Below are positions 35,677 to 44,111 of a DNA stretch of 64,000 nt, piece after piece. The DNA lies in NCBI GenBank assembly GCA_035602395.1, contig DATNMH010000052.1:2829-66828 (forward strand). Reading direction: 5' to 3'. Positions within the stretch are counted from its first letter, which is position 1, and the number at the start of each line of letters is the position of its first letter. This DNA is from Candidatus Acidiferrum sp. (GTDB lineage: Bacteria; Chloroflexota; Dormibacteria; CF-121). A program made the translations under genes and the position numbers. The notes under the pieces are model-generated. The model had not been told where the DNA came from. It worked only from the letters and a program-made list of their open reading frames with translations, and ran no database searches.

Positions 35677-35817
35677 CTAGCGGGCGCCCGACCGCTGGAC
35701 GAGGTAGGTGACGACGGCGAGGTACTCCTCCGAATCGGCGGAGCCCACCCAGCGGGTATCCTCGTTGGTGCGCCCGAAGAGGGCGAAGAGTTCGCTCAAG
35801 GTCAGCTTTTCAGACAT
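35677..35817 (-). CDS. small conserved hypothetical protein (46 aa), paralog A
   Basis: Absent from the ORF track (below 60 aa). MSEKLTLSELFALFGRTNEDTRWVGSADSEEYLAVVTYLVQRSGAR. AGGTG lies 5 nt upstream of the ATG. Confidence 0.6.
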   Translation of the reverse strand: MSEKLTLSELFALFGRTNEDTRWVGSADSEEYLAVVTYLVQRSGAR

Positions 35818-35884
35818 ATTGACACCTGACTAGTAGCTTATCTAACACGCATACTATCATAAAAGATCGAACGGGTGGCCGTCG

Positions 35885-36034
35885 TTAGCGGGCGTTGTTC
35901 CGCTGAACCAGATAAAGGACAACGGCCAGGTATTCTTGCGAATCCGCCGACGCGACCCAGCGGGTGTCCTCCGAATGGCGGCCGAAAAGGGTGAAAACGT
36001 CCGACATCGTGAGTCGCTGTGGTTCGTCCAACAT
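35885..36034 (-). CDS. small conserved hypothetical protein (49 aa), paralog B
   Basis: MLDEPQRLTMSDVFTLFGRHSEDTRWVASADSQEYLAVVLYLVQRNNAR. Roughly 60% identical to paralog A, with mostly synonymous nucleotide differences. Confidence 0.6.
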   Translation of the reverse strand: MLDEPQRLTMSDVFTLFGRHSEDTRWVASADSQEYLAVVLYLVQRNNAR

Positions 36035-36091
36035 GGTTGTCTGGGGCACCCGGCCCCGATGAGGGTGAAACGACCCGTCTCGCGGGATCCT

Positions 36092-36106
36092 TTCACGCAG
36101 CGTGAA
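36092..36106. promoter_or_regulatory. perfect 7-1-7 palindrome TTCACGC-A-GCGTGAA in a divergent intergenic region
   Basis: Flanked by additional GTGAAA (36065-36070) and GTTCAC half-sites. Lies between small-protein paralog B and the Zn-peptidase gene. Confidence 0.3.
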
Positions 36107-36177
36107 CAATTAGGCACGGTCCGGCAGCGGTTCGTCGACGAGTTCACGGGATTGCGGATTTCGATGCTGGGTAGACT

Positions 36178-36906
36178 TTGGCCATGTTCATCCCGTTTTT
36201 CGACGGGCGGTACCTCGTCTTCGTCGCTCTGCCGATCATGGCGCTCAGCTTCCTGGCGAGTAGCTGGGTCAAGCGCACCTACCAGCGCTACTCGCAGGTG
36301 CGTTCCTCCAGCGGCTTGACCGGGGTCGACATCGCGCGGCGCATCCTGACGGGCGCCGGCCTGAGCGACGTCACCATCCAGGTGATCGATGGGGATCTCA
36401 CCGATAACTACGATCCGCGAACCAAAACGCTGAACCTCTCCAAACAGGTGGCGATGGGGAACTCGGTCGCGGCCGAGGCGGTGGTCGCTCACGAGATCGG
36501 CCACGCGCAGCAGGACCGCCAGGGGTTCCTGGCCATGCGGCTTCGATCCAGCCTGGTGCCCGCCGCGAACCTTGGTTCGCAGGCCGGGCTGCTGATCGTG
36601 ATCGCCGGTCTGGTCCTCTCGGCGTTTACCGGCAGTACCGTGGGCTTCTATGTGGCCCTCCTGGGCCTGGTGCTCTTTGCCGCCGTCGTCGTCTTCCAGC
36701 TGGTGACGACGCCGGTGGAGCTCGATGCCAGTCGACGCGCCCTTCGTTTGCTGGCGGAGAACGGCGTCATCGTCCCTGAGGAGCAAGACGGCGCTCGGCG
36801 GATGCTGCGGGCCGCCGCCTTCACCTACTGGGTCGCGCTGTTCGGCGCCCTGCTGACCCTGCTGTACTACGCCTCACTCGTGTTCGGAAATCGCCGTAGC
36901 GACTGA
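36178..36906 (+). CDS. putative neutral zinc metallopeptidase (YugP/Zn_peptidase_2 family)
   Basis: HEIGHAQQ zinc motif, membrane helices, and a family-typical N-terminus (YLVFVALPIMALSFLAS). Confidence 0.85.
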   Translation: MAMFIPFFDGRYLVFVALPIMALSFLASSWVKRTYQRYSQVRSSSGLTGVDIARRILTGAGLSDVTIQVIDGDLTDNYDPRTKTLNLSKQVAMGNSVAAEAVVAHEIGHAQQDRQGFLAMRLRSSLVPAANLGSQAGLLIVIAGLVLSAFTGSTVGFYVALLGLVLFAAVVVFQLVTTPVELDASRRALRLLAENGVIVPEEQDGARRMLRAAAFTYWVALFGALLTLLYYASLVFGNRRSD

Positions 36907-37036
36907 GCGCTCGGCGTTCGCCACCGCCGATCCAGCGGAGATTCGCGCCCGACTCGCCGGCGCGGGCGAAGCGCCGTACCGTGTTGACCAGGCCCGACAG
37001 TGGTTCTGGCAGCGGCTCGTCCCGTCGTTCAGCGCC

Positions 37037-37981
37037 ATGCGCACCCTGCCGCCTACCGCGCGCCAGCAGCTGGAGGACTCGTTTGCGTTCAGCACGGTCA
37101 CGCCCCATCTGAAGCGCCAGGCTGATCATGGCCAGACCGTGAAGTACCTCTTCAGGCTGGGGGATGCCCGAACCATCGAAACCGTCGTCATGCATTACGA
37201 GGCGACGGCGCGTTCCCGGGCCCGGACGACCATCTGCGTCAGCTCGCAGGTGGGCTGTCCCATCGGGTGCAGCTTTTGCGCCACCGGCCAATCAGGATTC
37301 GATCGAAACCTCAGCGAGGCTGAGATTGTCGACCAGTTCCTCGCGGCCAGCCGCGACCTGGGTGACAAACAGCGCGCGCTGACGAATGTCGTCTTCATGG
37401 GGATGGGCGAGCCCATGAACAACTACGCCGCAGTGGTGGGCGCGATCCGACGCTGGGCCCTCAAGGACACGCTCAACTTCAGTCCCCGACGGGTTACGGT
37501 GTCGACCATCGGGCTGGTGCCCTTCATCGAGCGCCTCAGCGCCGAGGGCCTGCCGGTCAACCTGGCGGTCTCGCTGCATGCGCCCGACGACGAGCTGCGG
37601 AGCAGCATGATTCCGGTGAACCGCAAGTACCCGATCGCCGCCATCGTCGGGGCGGCGCGCGCCCATGCGGAGCGGACCGGCCGGCGCACCAGCTATGAGT
37701 ACGTTTTGCTGCAGGGCGTCAACGACAGTGTCGAACAGGCTCGACGGCTCACCAGCGTCATCGGTCACCGCCTGACGCATGTCAACCTGATTCCGATGAA
37801 CCCGATCGACGGTAGCCCGCTGTCGCCGCCGTCGAAGGCGCGCGCGCAGGCGTTCCAGTCGATCCTCCAGGCAGCGGGCATCTCGACCACCATCCGTGCC
37901 ACGCGCGGACTGGACATCGACGCCGCCTGCGGCCAGCTGCGAGCCCGGCAGTTGCAGCCGACCGCGCTGTCACCCGCCTGA
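37037..37981 (+). CDS. rlmN: 23S rRNA/tRNA (adenine-C2)-methyltransferase RlmN (radical SAM)
   Basis: CPIGCSFCATG radical-SAM cluster plus MGMGEP. Coordinates start at the first canonical ATG, but RlmN N-terminal homology (EAPYRVDQARQWFW) continues upstream in frame to at least 36929. Confidence 0.9.
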   Translation: MRTLPPTARQQLEDSFAFSTVTPHLKRQADHGQTVKYLFRLGDARTIETVVMHYEATARSRARTTICVSSQVGCPIGCSFCATGQSGFDRNLSEAEIVDQFLAASRDLGDKQRALTNVVFMGMGEPMNNYAAVVGAIRRWALKDTLNFSPRRVTVSTIGLVPFIERLSAEGLPVNLAVSLHAPDDELRSSMIPVNRKYPIAAIVGAARAHAERTGRRTSYEYVLLQGVNDSVEQARRLTSVIGHRLTHVNLIPMNPIDGSPLSPPSKARAQAFQSILQAAGISTTIRATRGLDIDAACGQLRARQLQPTALSPA

Positions 37982-38490
37982 TGCCCAAGCTACTGGGCGG
38001 CGTGTTTTTCGACGCAGGCAACACCTTGATGGTCGAGGAGCCGGGCAAGCATCTGTGGGAGATGGCAATCACGCCGATCCCCAATGTGTTCGAAGTGTTG
38101 ACGGCGCTCAAGCGGCGCTACCGCCTCGGCGTCATCTCCAACACGGTCGGATCGGGCGATGCCGAGCTCGCCGAGGCACTCGAAAAGGCGGGGATTCTCC
38201 GGCTGATCGACGCCATGGTCACCTCACGGGACTTCGGAAAAGCCAAGCCGGATCCCGCCATCTACGTCGAAGGCGCCCGGCGGCTGGGCGTTCCGCTGAA
38301 CGAGACGGTGATGGTCGGCGATCGGCTGGACACCGACATCGCGGGCGCGCTCAACGCCGGCATTCCGGGAGTCTGGCTTCGCCATCCCGGGGCGGTCGCG
38401 ATTTCCGGGATCGCGCCGACCCATGTCATCGACGGCCTTGCCGAGTTACCGGGGTGGCTTGACGCCACCTACGTCCAGGATCGTCGATGA
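37981..38490 (+). CDS. HAD superfamily hydrolase
   Basis: Motif I FFDAGNTL, motif II ISNT, motif IV GDRLDTD. ATGA-type overlap with rlmN. Confidence 0.8.
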   Translation: MPKLLGGVFFDAGNTLMVEEPGKHLWEMAITPIPNVFEVLTALKRRYRLGVISNTVGSGDAELAEALEKAGILRLIDAMVTSRDFGKAKPDPAIYVEGARRLGVPLNETVMVGDRLDTDIAGALNAGIPGVWLRHPGAVAISGIAPTHVIDGLAELPGWLDATYVQDRR

Positions 38491-38530
38491 AGGAACGGCG
38501 TCCGGGCGCCGATATACTCAAAGAGTCCCG

Positions 38531-39373
38531 ATGAAACGAGCCCTCGCCGCCCTGCTGACGATGCTGGCACTGGCCGCCTGCGCGTCGCCACTGGCAAAGG
38601 CGGAAACCCCGCAGCAGGCGCTCGACGCGGCCGCGCAGCGCGCCGGCCAGCTCAAATCGGCCAAGTTCGACCTCGCGGGCAATGTCAAGATGGCGTTCCC
38701 CGCCGCCCTCGGCGTGCAGCTCGGGCAGAGCGGAGCCGCCGCCGGGTCGATCTCGCTCGACATGAGCGGCACCGGCGAGGCGCAATTCCCCGATCGCTAC
38801 CATGCCGTGATCAACGCCAAGATGTCCGGGTTGTCGCTGGCCACCGAAGTCGTAGTCGCCAACGGCAAGGCCTACGTGAAAAATCCCCTCACCCTTAAGT
38901 GGCAGGTCTCGGACTCGAGCGGCATCACCGGTCAGTTCAGCCAACCCGACCCACTCTCGTACGAGCAGTTGCTCAAGAACGCCAAGTCGGTCAAAGACCT
39001 GGGCGACACGACGCTCAGCGGCACCGCCGTCCATCACTACCAGCTGATCCCTGACAAGGACAAGCTGATCGCCGCCCTCGACAAGGCCACGGTCAAGAAC
39101 CCGCAGGCGCTGGCCGCCATCAAGCAGGTGCTCGACAGCGGCACCATGACCGTCGAGGTCTGGTTCGGCAAGGACGATCACCTGGTCCGCCGCATCAGCA
39201 CCGACGCGAATTACACCATCGATCTCAACCAGTTGCTGGGCTCGCTGGGGGCATCGACAACGCGCGGCAGCCAGCTGCCCTCAGGCTCGACCATTCACGC
39301 GACGGCCCACATGGTCCTCAACTACCACGACTTCGACGCGCCGGTGACGATCAGCATCCCGACCGTTTCCTAG
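38531..39373 (+). CDS. secreted lipoprotein (LppX/LolA-like fold suspected)
   Basis: Lipobox MKRALAALLTMLALAAC. Start at ATG 38531. Confidence 0.6.
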   Translation: MKRALAALLTMLALAACASPLAKAETPQQALDAAAQRAGQLKSAKFDLAGNVKMAFPAALGVQLGQSGAAAGSISLDMSGTGEAQFPDRYHAVINAKMSGLSLATEVVVANGKAYVKNPLTLKWQVSDSSGITGQFSQPDPLSYEQLLKNAKSVKDLGDTTLSGTAVHHYQLIPDKDKLIAALDKATVKNPQALAAIKQVLDSGTMTVEVWFGKDDHLVRRISTDANYTIDLNQLLGSLGASTTRGSQLPSGSTIHATAHMVLNYHDFDAPVTISIPTVS

Positions 39374-40014
39374 TGCTGATCGCGCCCTCGCTCCTCTCGG
39401 CGGATTTCAGCCGGTTGGGAGAGGAAGTGGCTGCCCTCGAACAGGCCGGTGCCGACTGGGTGCACTTCGACGTCATGGACGGGAACTTCGTTCCCCCGAT
39501 CACGATCGGGCCGCGCACGGTGGAGGCCTGCCGGCGCTACGCCAAGCTGCCCTTTGACGTGCACCTGATGATCGAGAACCCGGAACGCAGCATCGACGCC
39601 TTCCGCGACGCGGGCGCCAACACCGTTTCGGTCCACGTCGAGGCGACCCGGCACATCCACCGGGTCCTGGAGAGCATTCGGAAGGCCGGGATGCGCCCCG
39701 GCGTGTGCCTCAACCCCGGCAGCCCGCTGGTCCTGGTGGAGCCGGTGCTGAAGGACGCCGACTTGCTCGTCATGATGTGCGTCAACCCGGGGTGGGGCGG
39801 TCAGAAGTTCATCGACGGCAGCCCGGAACGGATCAAGGCGGCCCGGGCGCTCCGCGACCGGCTCAACCCCAAGTTGGACATCGAGGTCGACGGCGGCGTC
39901 AACAAAGAGACCGGACGGCTGTCGACCCAGAGTGGGGCCACCGTGCTGGTCGCCGGGAGCTTCGTCTACAGTCACCCCCAGGGCGCAAAGGTCGCGATCC
40001 AAGACCTGCGCTAG
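39373..40014 (+). CDS. rpe: ribulose-phosphate 3-epimerase
   Basis: IAPSLLSADF...HFDVMDGNFVP...DVHLM...VDGG. Confidence 0.92.
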   Translation: MLIAPSLLSADFSRLGEEVAALEQAGADWVHFDVMDGNFVPPITIGPRTVEACRRYAKLPFDVHLMIENPERSIDAFRDAGANTVSVHVEATRHIHRVLESIRKAGMRPGVCLNPGSPLVLVEPVLKDADLLVMMCVNPGWGGQKFIDGSPERIKAARALRDRLNPKLDIEVDGGVNKETGRLSTQSGATVLVAGSFVYSHPQGAKVAIQDLR

Positions 40015-40016
40015 GG

Positions 40017-40718
40017 CTACTCGGTCGTTGGCATGTGCAGATACATCGATTGGATGCCGACGCGGCCCGGACCGGTGAACCGGTTCCAGATCATGTTGCC
40101 ACCGCCGCCGAAAATGCCCGTCTTCAGGCCGAACATCTGCACATCCATGCGCACGGTCTCGTCCCGGTAGACCCACCCACCCGGCTCGATGTCGATCTGC
40201 TCGTTCTGCGCCAACTCTTTCTCGAAGACGTTGCCATAGCCGTGCAGCCAGAGGACGCCCTCTTGATGTGAGGCGCTGAAGCGATCGACGAAAAATCCGG
40301 TGGAGCCCAGCAGCATGTTGCTGACGCCCTTGACCCGGTTGAAGGTGTAGTCGAGGTTGCCGGTTGCCGCCAGGAACTGGTGCTCGCGGACCAGCACGGC
40401 TTTGCCCGGCATGAGGTGGAGCGGGAAGAGGTGTCCCGCGCCGTCGCGGGAAAAGGCGATCTCGCCCGGGCCCTGAGCCTCGGTGAGGAAGATCGGCATG
40501 CCCGCCACCATCCGCTTGAACGCCCCCTTCATCGCGCGAATGCCGATGTTGAGCGGCGGATCTTTCCAGAGCACCACGTGGTGCTCGAAATAAATCGGCA
40601 CCGTGCCGTCCAGCCAGGTGTGCAGGACCGGCACCAGCTCGCCGTCGATGCGGTAGCGGATCCCCGGGGCCTGGCCTTCCTCGAGTTTGGTCGGGAGGAG
40701 CTGCGGTGGCTTCTGCAT
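40017..40718 (-). CDS. TIGR00266/AIM24 family protein
   Basis: 233 aa with family-typical GEIAFS...GHLFPLHL...FLAATGNLDY. Confidence 0.8.
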   Translation of the reverse strand: MQKPPQLLPTKLEEGQAPGIRYRIDGELVPVLHTWLDGTVPIYFEHHVVLWKDPPLNIGIRAMKGAFKRMVAGMPIFLTEAQGPGEIAFSRDGAGHLFPLHLMPGKAVLVREHQFLAATGNLDYTFNRVKGVSNMLLGSTGFFVDRFSASHQEGVLWLHGYGNVFEKELAQNEQIDIEPGGWVYRDETVRMDVQMFGLKTGIFGGGGNMIWNRFTGPGRVGIQSMYLHMPTTE

Positions 40719-40768
40719 GGCGTTTCCTCTCTTCGGCGGTGCCGTAAATCGACCGACACGCCAGTTAC

Positions 40769-41350
40769 ATGATGGTGACGGCGGCGGTGCGGCGGTCCTT
40801 GCGGCTAAGCACTCGGATGCTGCCCGACGACGTCCGCTTCGGCCGGGTGGTCCTCACGCTGGTCGTGAGTATCGCGCTGTTCCTGCTGGCGTTGCACGTC
40901 CCGGCCTTCATGGCTCCAGGGGCGGACATGACCGACAGTGCCCAGCGGGACTATGCCACCAACATCTGGCAGGAGACGCAGACCAGCCTGGCCATGGTCG
41001 CCATCGTCTTACCCTGGCTGGTCTACGCACTCCTCTGGCAGGGCACCCCGTGGGGTCGGCGGATCCTGCTGACGATCGCCACGGCCGGCGTCATCGTGAC
41101 CACCTGGTTTGCCGTCTTGAGCGCCCAGAGCTATGCGGCGCTACCCCGGCAGGTCGTTGGCGTTGTTGACCGGGTCCAGGGCCGGGCGATCGCCCTGCGT
41201 GGCGACGGCAGCTATTACCTGGTGCTGTCAGATCGCGAGCTCACCGCGGCTCGTTCCTGGCTTCGCGCGGGAGCCAGTATCGAGCTGTGGGTATCGCCCC
41301 GCGGCCATGCGGGAGCCGTAAGCGCCCTGAGCGAGGTGGGCGGAAACTAA
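40769..41350 (+). CDS. hypothetical membrane protein
   Basis: 193 aa with four hydrophobic segments. Confidence 0.5.
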   Translation: MMVTAAVRRSLRLSTRMLPDDVRFGRVVLTLVVSIALFLLALHVPAFMAPGADMTDSAQRDYATNIWQETQTSLAMVAIVLPWLVYALLWQGTPWGRRILLTIATAGVIVTTWFAVLSAQSYAALPRQVVGVVDRVQGRAIALRGDGSYYLVLSDRELTAARSWLRAGASIELWVSPRGHAGAVSALSEVGGN

Positions 41351-41532
41351 GCCGACTTGGCCTGGGTGCGAAGGCACCGGGTGCAAACCAGGGCAGTCTG
41401 CAACCGGCCGTCGATTGTGACCTTGGCCTTGTGAAGATTGGGCATGAAGCGACGCTTCGTGTGCACCTTCGAGTGGCTCACGTGATGCCCGAACTGGGGC
41501 CCTTTTCCGCAGATTGCGCAGCGTTGTGCCAT
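41347..41532 (-). CDS. rpmB: 50S ribosomal protein L28
   Basis: [33 protein letters not shown]. Confidence 0.95.
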   Translation of the reverse strand: MAQRCAICGKGPQFGHHVSHSKVHTKRRFMPNLHKAKVTIDGRLQTALVCTRCLRTQAKSA

Positions 41533-41573
41533 GTTTTTTCTTGCTTGGGCGCCTCACGGATCATCGCGTATGA

Positions 41574-41601
41574 TTGAGGCGAAATCAGCGTCACATAGTA
41601 G
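41574..41601 (+). promoter_or_regulatory. candidate promoter giving a leaderless asp23 mRNA
   Basis: TTGAGG (41574-41579), 16-nt spacer, TAGTAG (41596-41601), then ATG 6 nt downstream. No SD present. Confidence 0.35.
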
Positions 41602-41607
41602 CACACG

Positions 41608-42024
41608 ATGGACTCAAAGACGAAGGCCAACCCGCAACGGACCGGGAAGCCGCCGAGGACGCTGATCCAGGCCAGGGACCTCGGGCGGATCGAGGTGTCG
41701 CGCCATGTGGTCGCCACCATCGCCGGTCATGCCGCGGCCGGCTGCTATGGCGTGGTGGCCATGGCCGCCCGCGGACTTAGGGACGGCCTGGCGGAGCGGC
41801 TCCACCGCGATAAGGTCCATCGGGGCGTCGAGGTCGAGGTCCGCGAAGACGGGATCGCGGTCTCGCTCTACGTGATCGTGGAGTACGGCACCCGGGTCTC
41901 GGAAGTCGCGCACAACCTCGGCAACGCGGTGCGCTACTCCGTCGAGCGCACCCTCGGCTTGCCGGTAGTGGAAGTCAACGTCAACGTCCAGGGGATCCAC
42001 GTCAGTGGGAGCGGCGGCAGCTGA
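41608..42024 (+). CDS. Asp23/Gls24 family envelope stress protein
   Basis: IEVSRHVVATIAGHAAAGCYGVV...VEVNVNVQGI. Confidence 0.85.
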   Translation: MDSKTKANPQRTGKPPRTLIQARDLGRIEVSRHVVATIAGHAAAGCYGVVAMAARGLRDGLAERLHRDKVHRGVEVEVREDGIAVSLYVIVEYGTRVSEVAHNLGNAVRYSVERTLGLPVVEVNVNVQGIHVSGSGGS

Positions 42025-42052
42025 GATCCAAAGCCTGACCGGCGCCGCGACC

Positions 42053-43660
42053 GTGCCGATCCTCGAATGCGATGGCCGTCTCTTCAAAGAGGCGCTGCTT
42101 GGCTCGCTGGCCTGGCTGACCGTCAATCGCGACGAAGTGGACGCGCTCAACGTCTTCCCGGTTCCAGACGGCGACACCGGCACCAACATGCTCCTCACCT
42201 TGCAATCGGCCATCGACGACATCCGCGACCTCGACGACGCCGACATCTCGCGGATGGCCAAGCGCGCGAGTCACGGTGCGCTGATGGGCGCGCGCGGCAA
42301 CTCGGGCGTCATCCTCTCGCAGATCTTCCGCGGCTTCAGTGTTGGTATCGCGTCGAGCCATGCCGTCGATGCGCGCGGGTTGGCGCACGCGTTTACGGTC
42401 GGCTCTGACGTGGCCTACCGGGCGGTGATCAAGCCGACTGAGGGCACCATGCTGTCGGTGGCGCGAGAGGCGGCCAAAGGCGCCGAGGCGAAGGCCGCGA
42501 CCAGCACCGACCTCACCGAGGTGGTGCGAGCCGCCTGCGAGGCGGCCGCCGCCGCGGTCGAACGCACACCCGAGCAGCTGCCCATCCTCAAGCAAGCGGG
42601 CGTCATCGACGCCGGCGGCTTCGGATTGCAGCTCATCCTCGAAGGCTTCCTCAAGCGGATGACCGGTGAGGCGCTCGCGACCTTCGAGCGGCCCGCGACC
42701 CAGCATGCCCGGCCCAGGGCCGTCGAAGCGCCGACGGCGGGTTGGGGGTACTGCACGGAATTCATCATCAACGGCGCCAACCTGGCGGTGGACGAGGTTC
42801 GCACCGAGGTCCTTCGGCATGGAGAGTCGGCGCTGGTCGTTGGCGACGATGCCGCGATCAAGGTCCACGTCCACACCCAGCAGCCGGCCGTGGTCATCGC
42901 TTACGCCAGCGGTGTCGGGCGGCTGAGCCGATTGAAGGTCGACGACATGTCCGCCCAGCACCATCGGTTGCAGGGCGAGAGTATCCGGCGCCCGGCGAGC
43001 ACCAAGCACCTGGCCCTGGTGGCGGTGGCCAGCGGGGACGGCTTCCGGCGCATCCTCGAAGGCCTGGGGGTCGACTCGGTGGTCAGCGGAGGTCAGACGA
43101 TGAACCCGTCGGCGGAGGACATCCTGGCCGCGGTCGAGTCGGTGCCCTCCAGCGAGGTCCTGTTGCTCCCCAACAACGGCAACGTGGTCATGACGGCACA
43201 GCAGGTCGCCGAGCTGACCAAAAAACACGTGCGGGTCGTTCCCTCGCGCAGCCTGCCACAGGGCATCGCGGCGCTATTCGCGTTCGATTTCAGCGCCGAC
43301 CTGGAGGCCAACGCCGCCGCGATGTCGCGCGCCCTCAGCAGCGTGAAAACCATCGAGGTCACGCGCGCGGTGCGGGCGAGCGAGGTGGACGGCTTGAAGA
43401 TCGCGGAAAACGATGTGATCGGGCTGCTGGACGACAAGATCGTGGAAGCTGGTTCATCCGCCGAGAAGGTGGCGCAGGCGGTCCTCAAGCGCATCGACCC
43501 CGGCAAGGTCGGAACGGTAACGATTTACGCCGGTGTGGATGCGTCGGACAAGCAACGGGAGACCCTTCGTGGCTTGATCGCCAAACAGTTCCCCGACGCT
43601 TCGGTGGAGCTGCAGTCTGGCGAGCAGGCCCTCTACCCGTACGTGCTGGCGGTCGAGTAG
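42053..43660 (+). CDS. DAK2 domain fusion protein YloV
   Basis: DALNVFPVPDGDTGTNM, ARGNSGVILSQ. Start taken at GTG 42053 (MPILECDG...); GTG 42005 is the longer alternative. Confidence 0.88.
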   Translation: MPILECDGRLFKEALLGSLAWLTVNRDEVDALNVFPVPDGDTGTNMLLTLQSAIDDIRDLDDADISRMAKRASHGALMGARGNSGVILSQIFRGFSVGIASSHAVDARGLAHAFTVGSDVAYRAVIKPTEGTMLSVAREAAKGAEAKAATSTDLTEVVRAACEAAAAAVERTPEQLPILKQAGVIDAGGFGLQLILEGFLKRMTGEALATFERPATQHARPRAVEAPTAGWGYCTEFIINGANLAVDEVRTEVLRHGESALVVGDDAAIKVHVHTQQPAVVIAYASGVGRLSRLKVDDMSAQHHRLQGESIRRPASTKHLALVAVASGDGFRRILEGLGVDSVVSGGQTMNPSAEDILAAVESVPSSEVLLLPNNGNVVMTAQQVAELTKKHVRVVPSRSLPQGIAALFAFDFSADLEANAAAMSRALSSVKTIEVTRAVRASEVDGLKIAENDVIGLLDDKIVEAGSSAEKVAQAVLKRIDPGKVGTVTIYAGVDASDKQRETLRGLIAKQFPDASVELQSGEQALYPYVLAVE

Positions 43661-43664
43661 AGCC

Positions 43665-44015
43665 TCAGAGAAGCTGCGCGATATTGGCGATCACGCCGAG
43701 CGCCGTGATCCATGCGGCCACGTGGTACGCGTGCCAGACCAGCGGCTTCCGACGGTACATCATCATCAGGACGGCGAGCAGCACGGCGACCGCCGTACCT
43801 TTGACCGCGTAGGCCGCCAGCTCCCCCTGGGTCGCCATCAGCGGCGCCATGATGCGGTTCAGCTCCTGGTGTTGCAAGGCCAGGCCGAGATGAGTGGTGA
43901 GGGAATCGAGCACCTGGAAGCCCACAAACGCCGTGAGGATCATGCCCTGGTTGAGTCGGGAGTTGAGGCCGGCGTTCGGGCGTGCGCCGACGGCGACATG
44001 TCCTGGGAGCGACAT
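43665..44015 (-). CDS. small membrane protein (DUF5658-like by recollection)
   Basis: 116 aa with 3-4 TM helices. Confidence 0.5.
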   Translation of the reverse strand: MSLPGHVAVGARPNAGLNSRLNQGMILTAFVGFQVLDSLTTHLGLALQHQELNRIMAPLMATQGELAAYAVKGTAVAVLLAVLMMMYRRKPLVWHAYHVAAWITALGVIANIAQLL

Positions 44016-44111
44016 CGACTATAGGTTTATCAATCTTTGCGACGCCCAACCTAACGAAACGCGGCCGTTGCCCGGCTGTGATTGACGCGAACCGCTGGCT
44101 ATACTCGACTC

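Noticed and set aside
34730-36906. tRNA-Leu-adjacent segment (acyltransferase, Flp pilin, small paralogs, Zn-peptidase) as an integrated genomic islet
   Set aside because: No integrase or recombinase. I could not find a direct repeat of the tRNA 3' end downstream. Only a short AT-rich patch (about 35820-35880) deviates in composition.
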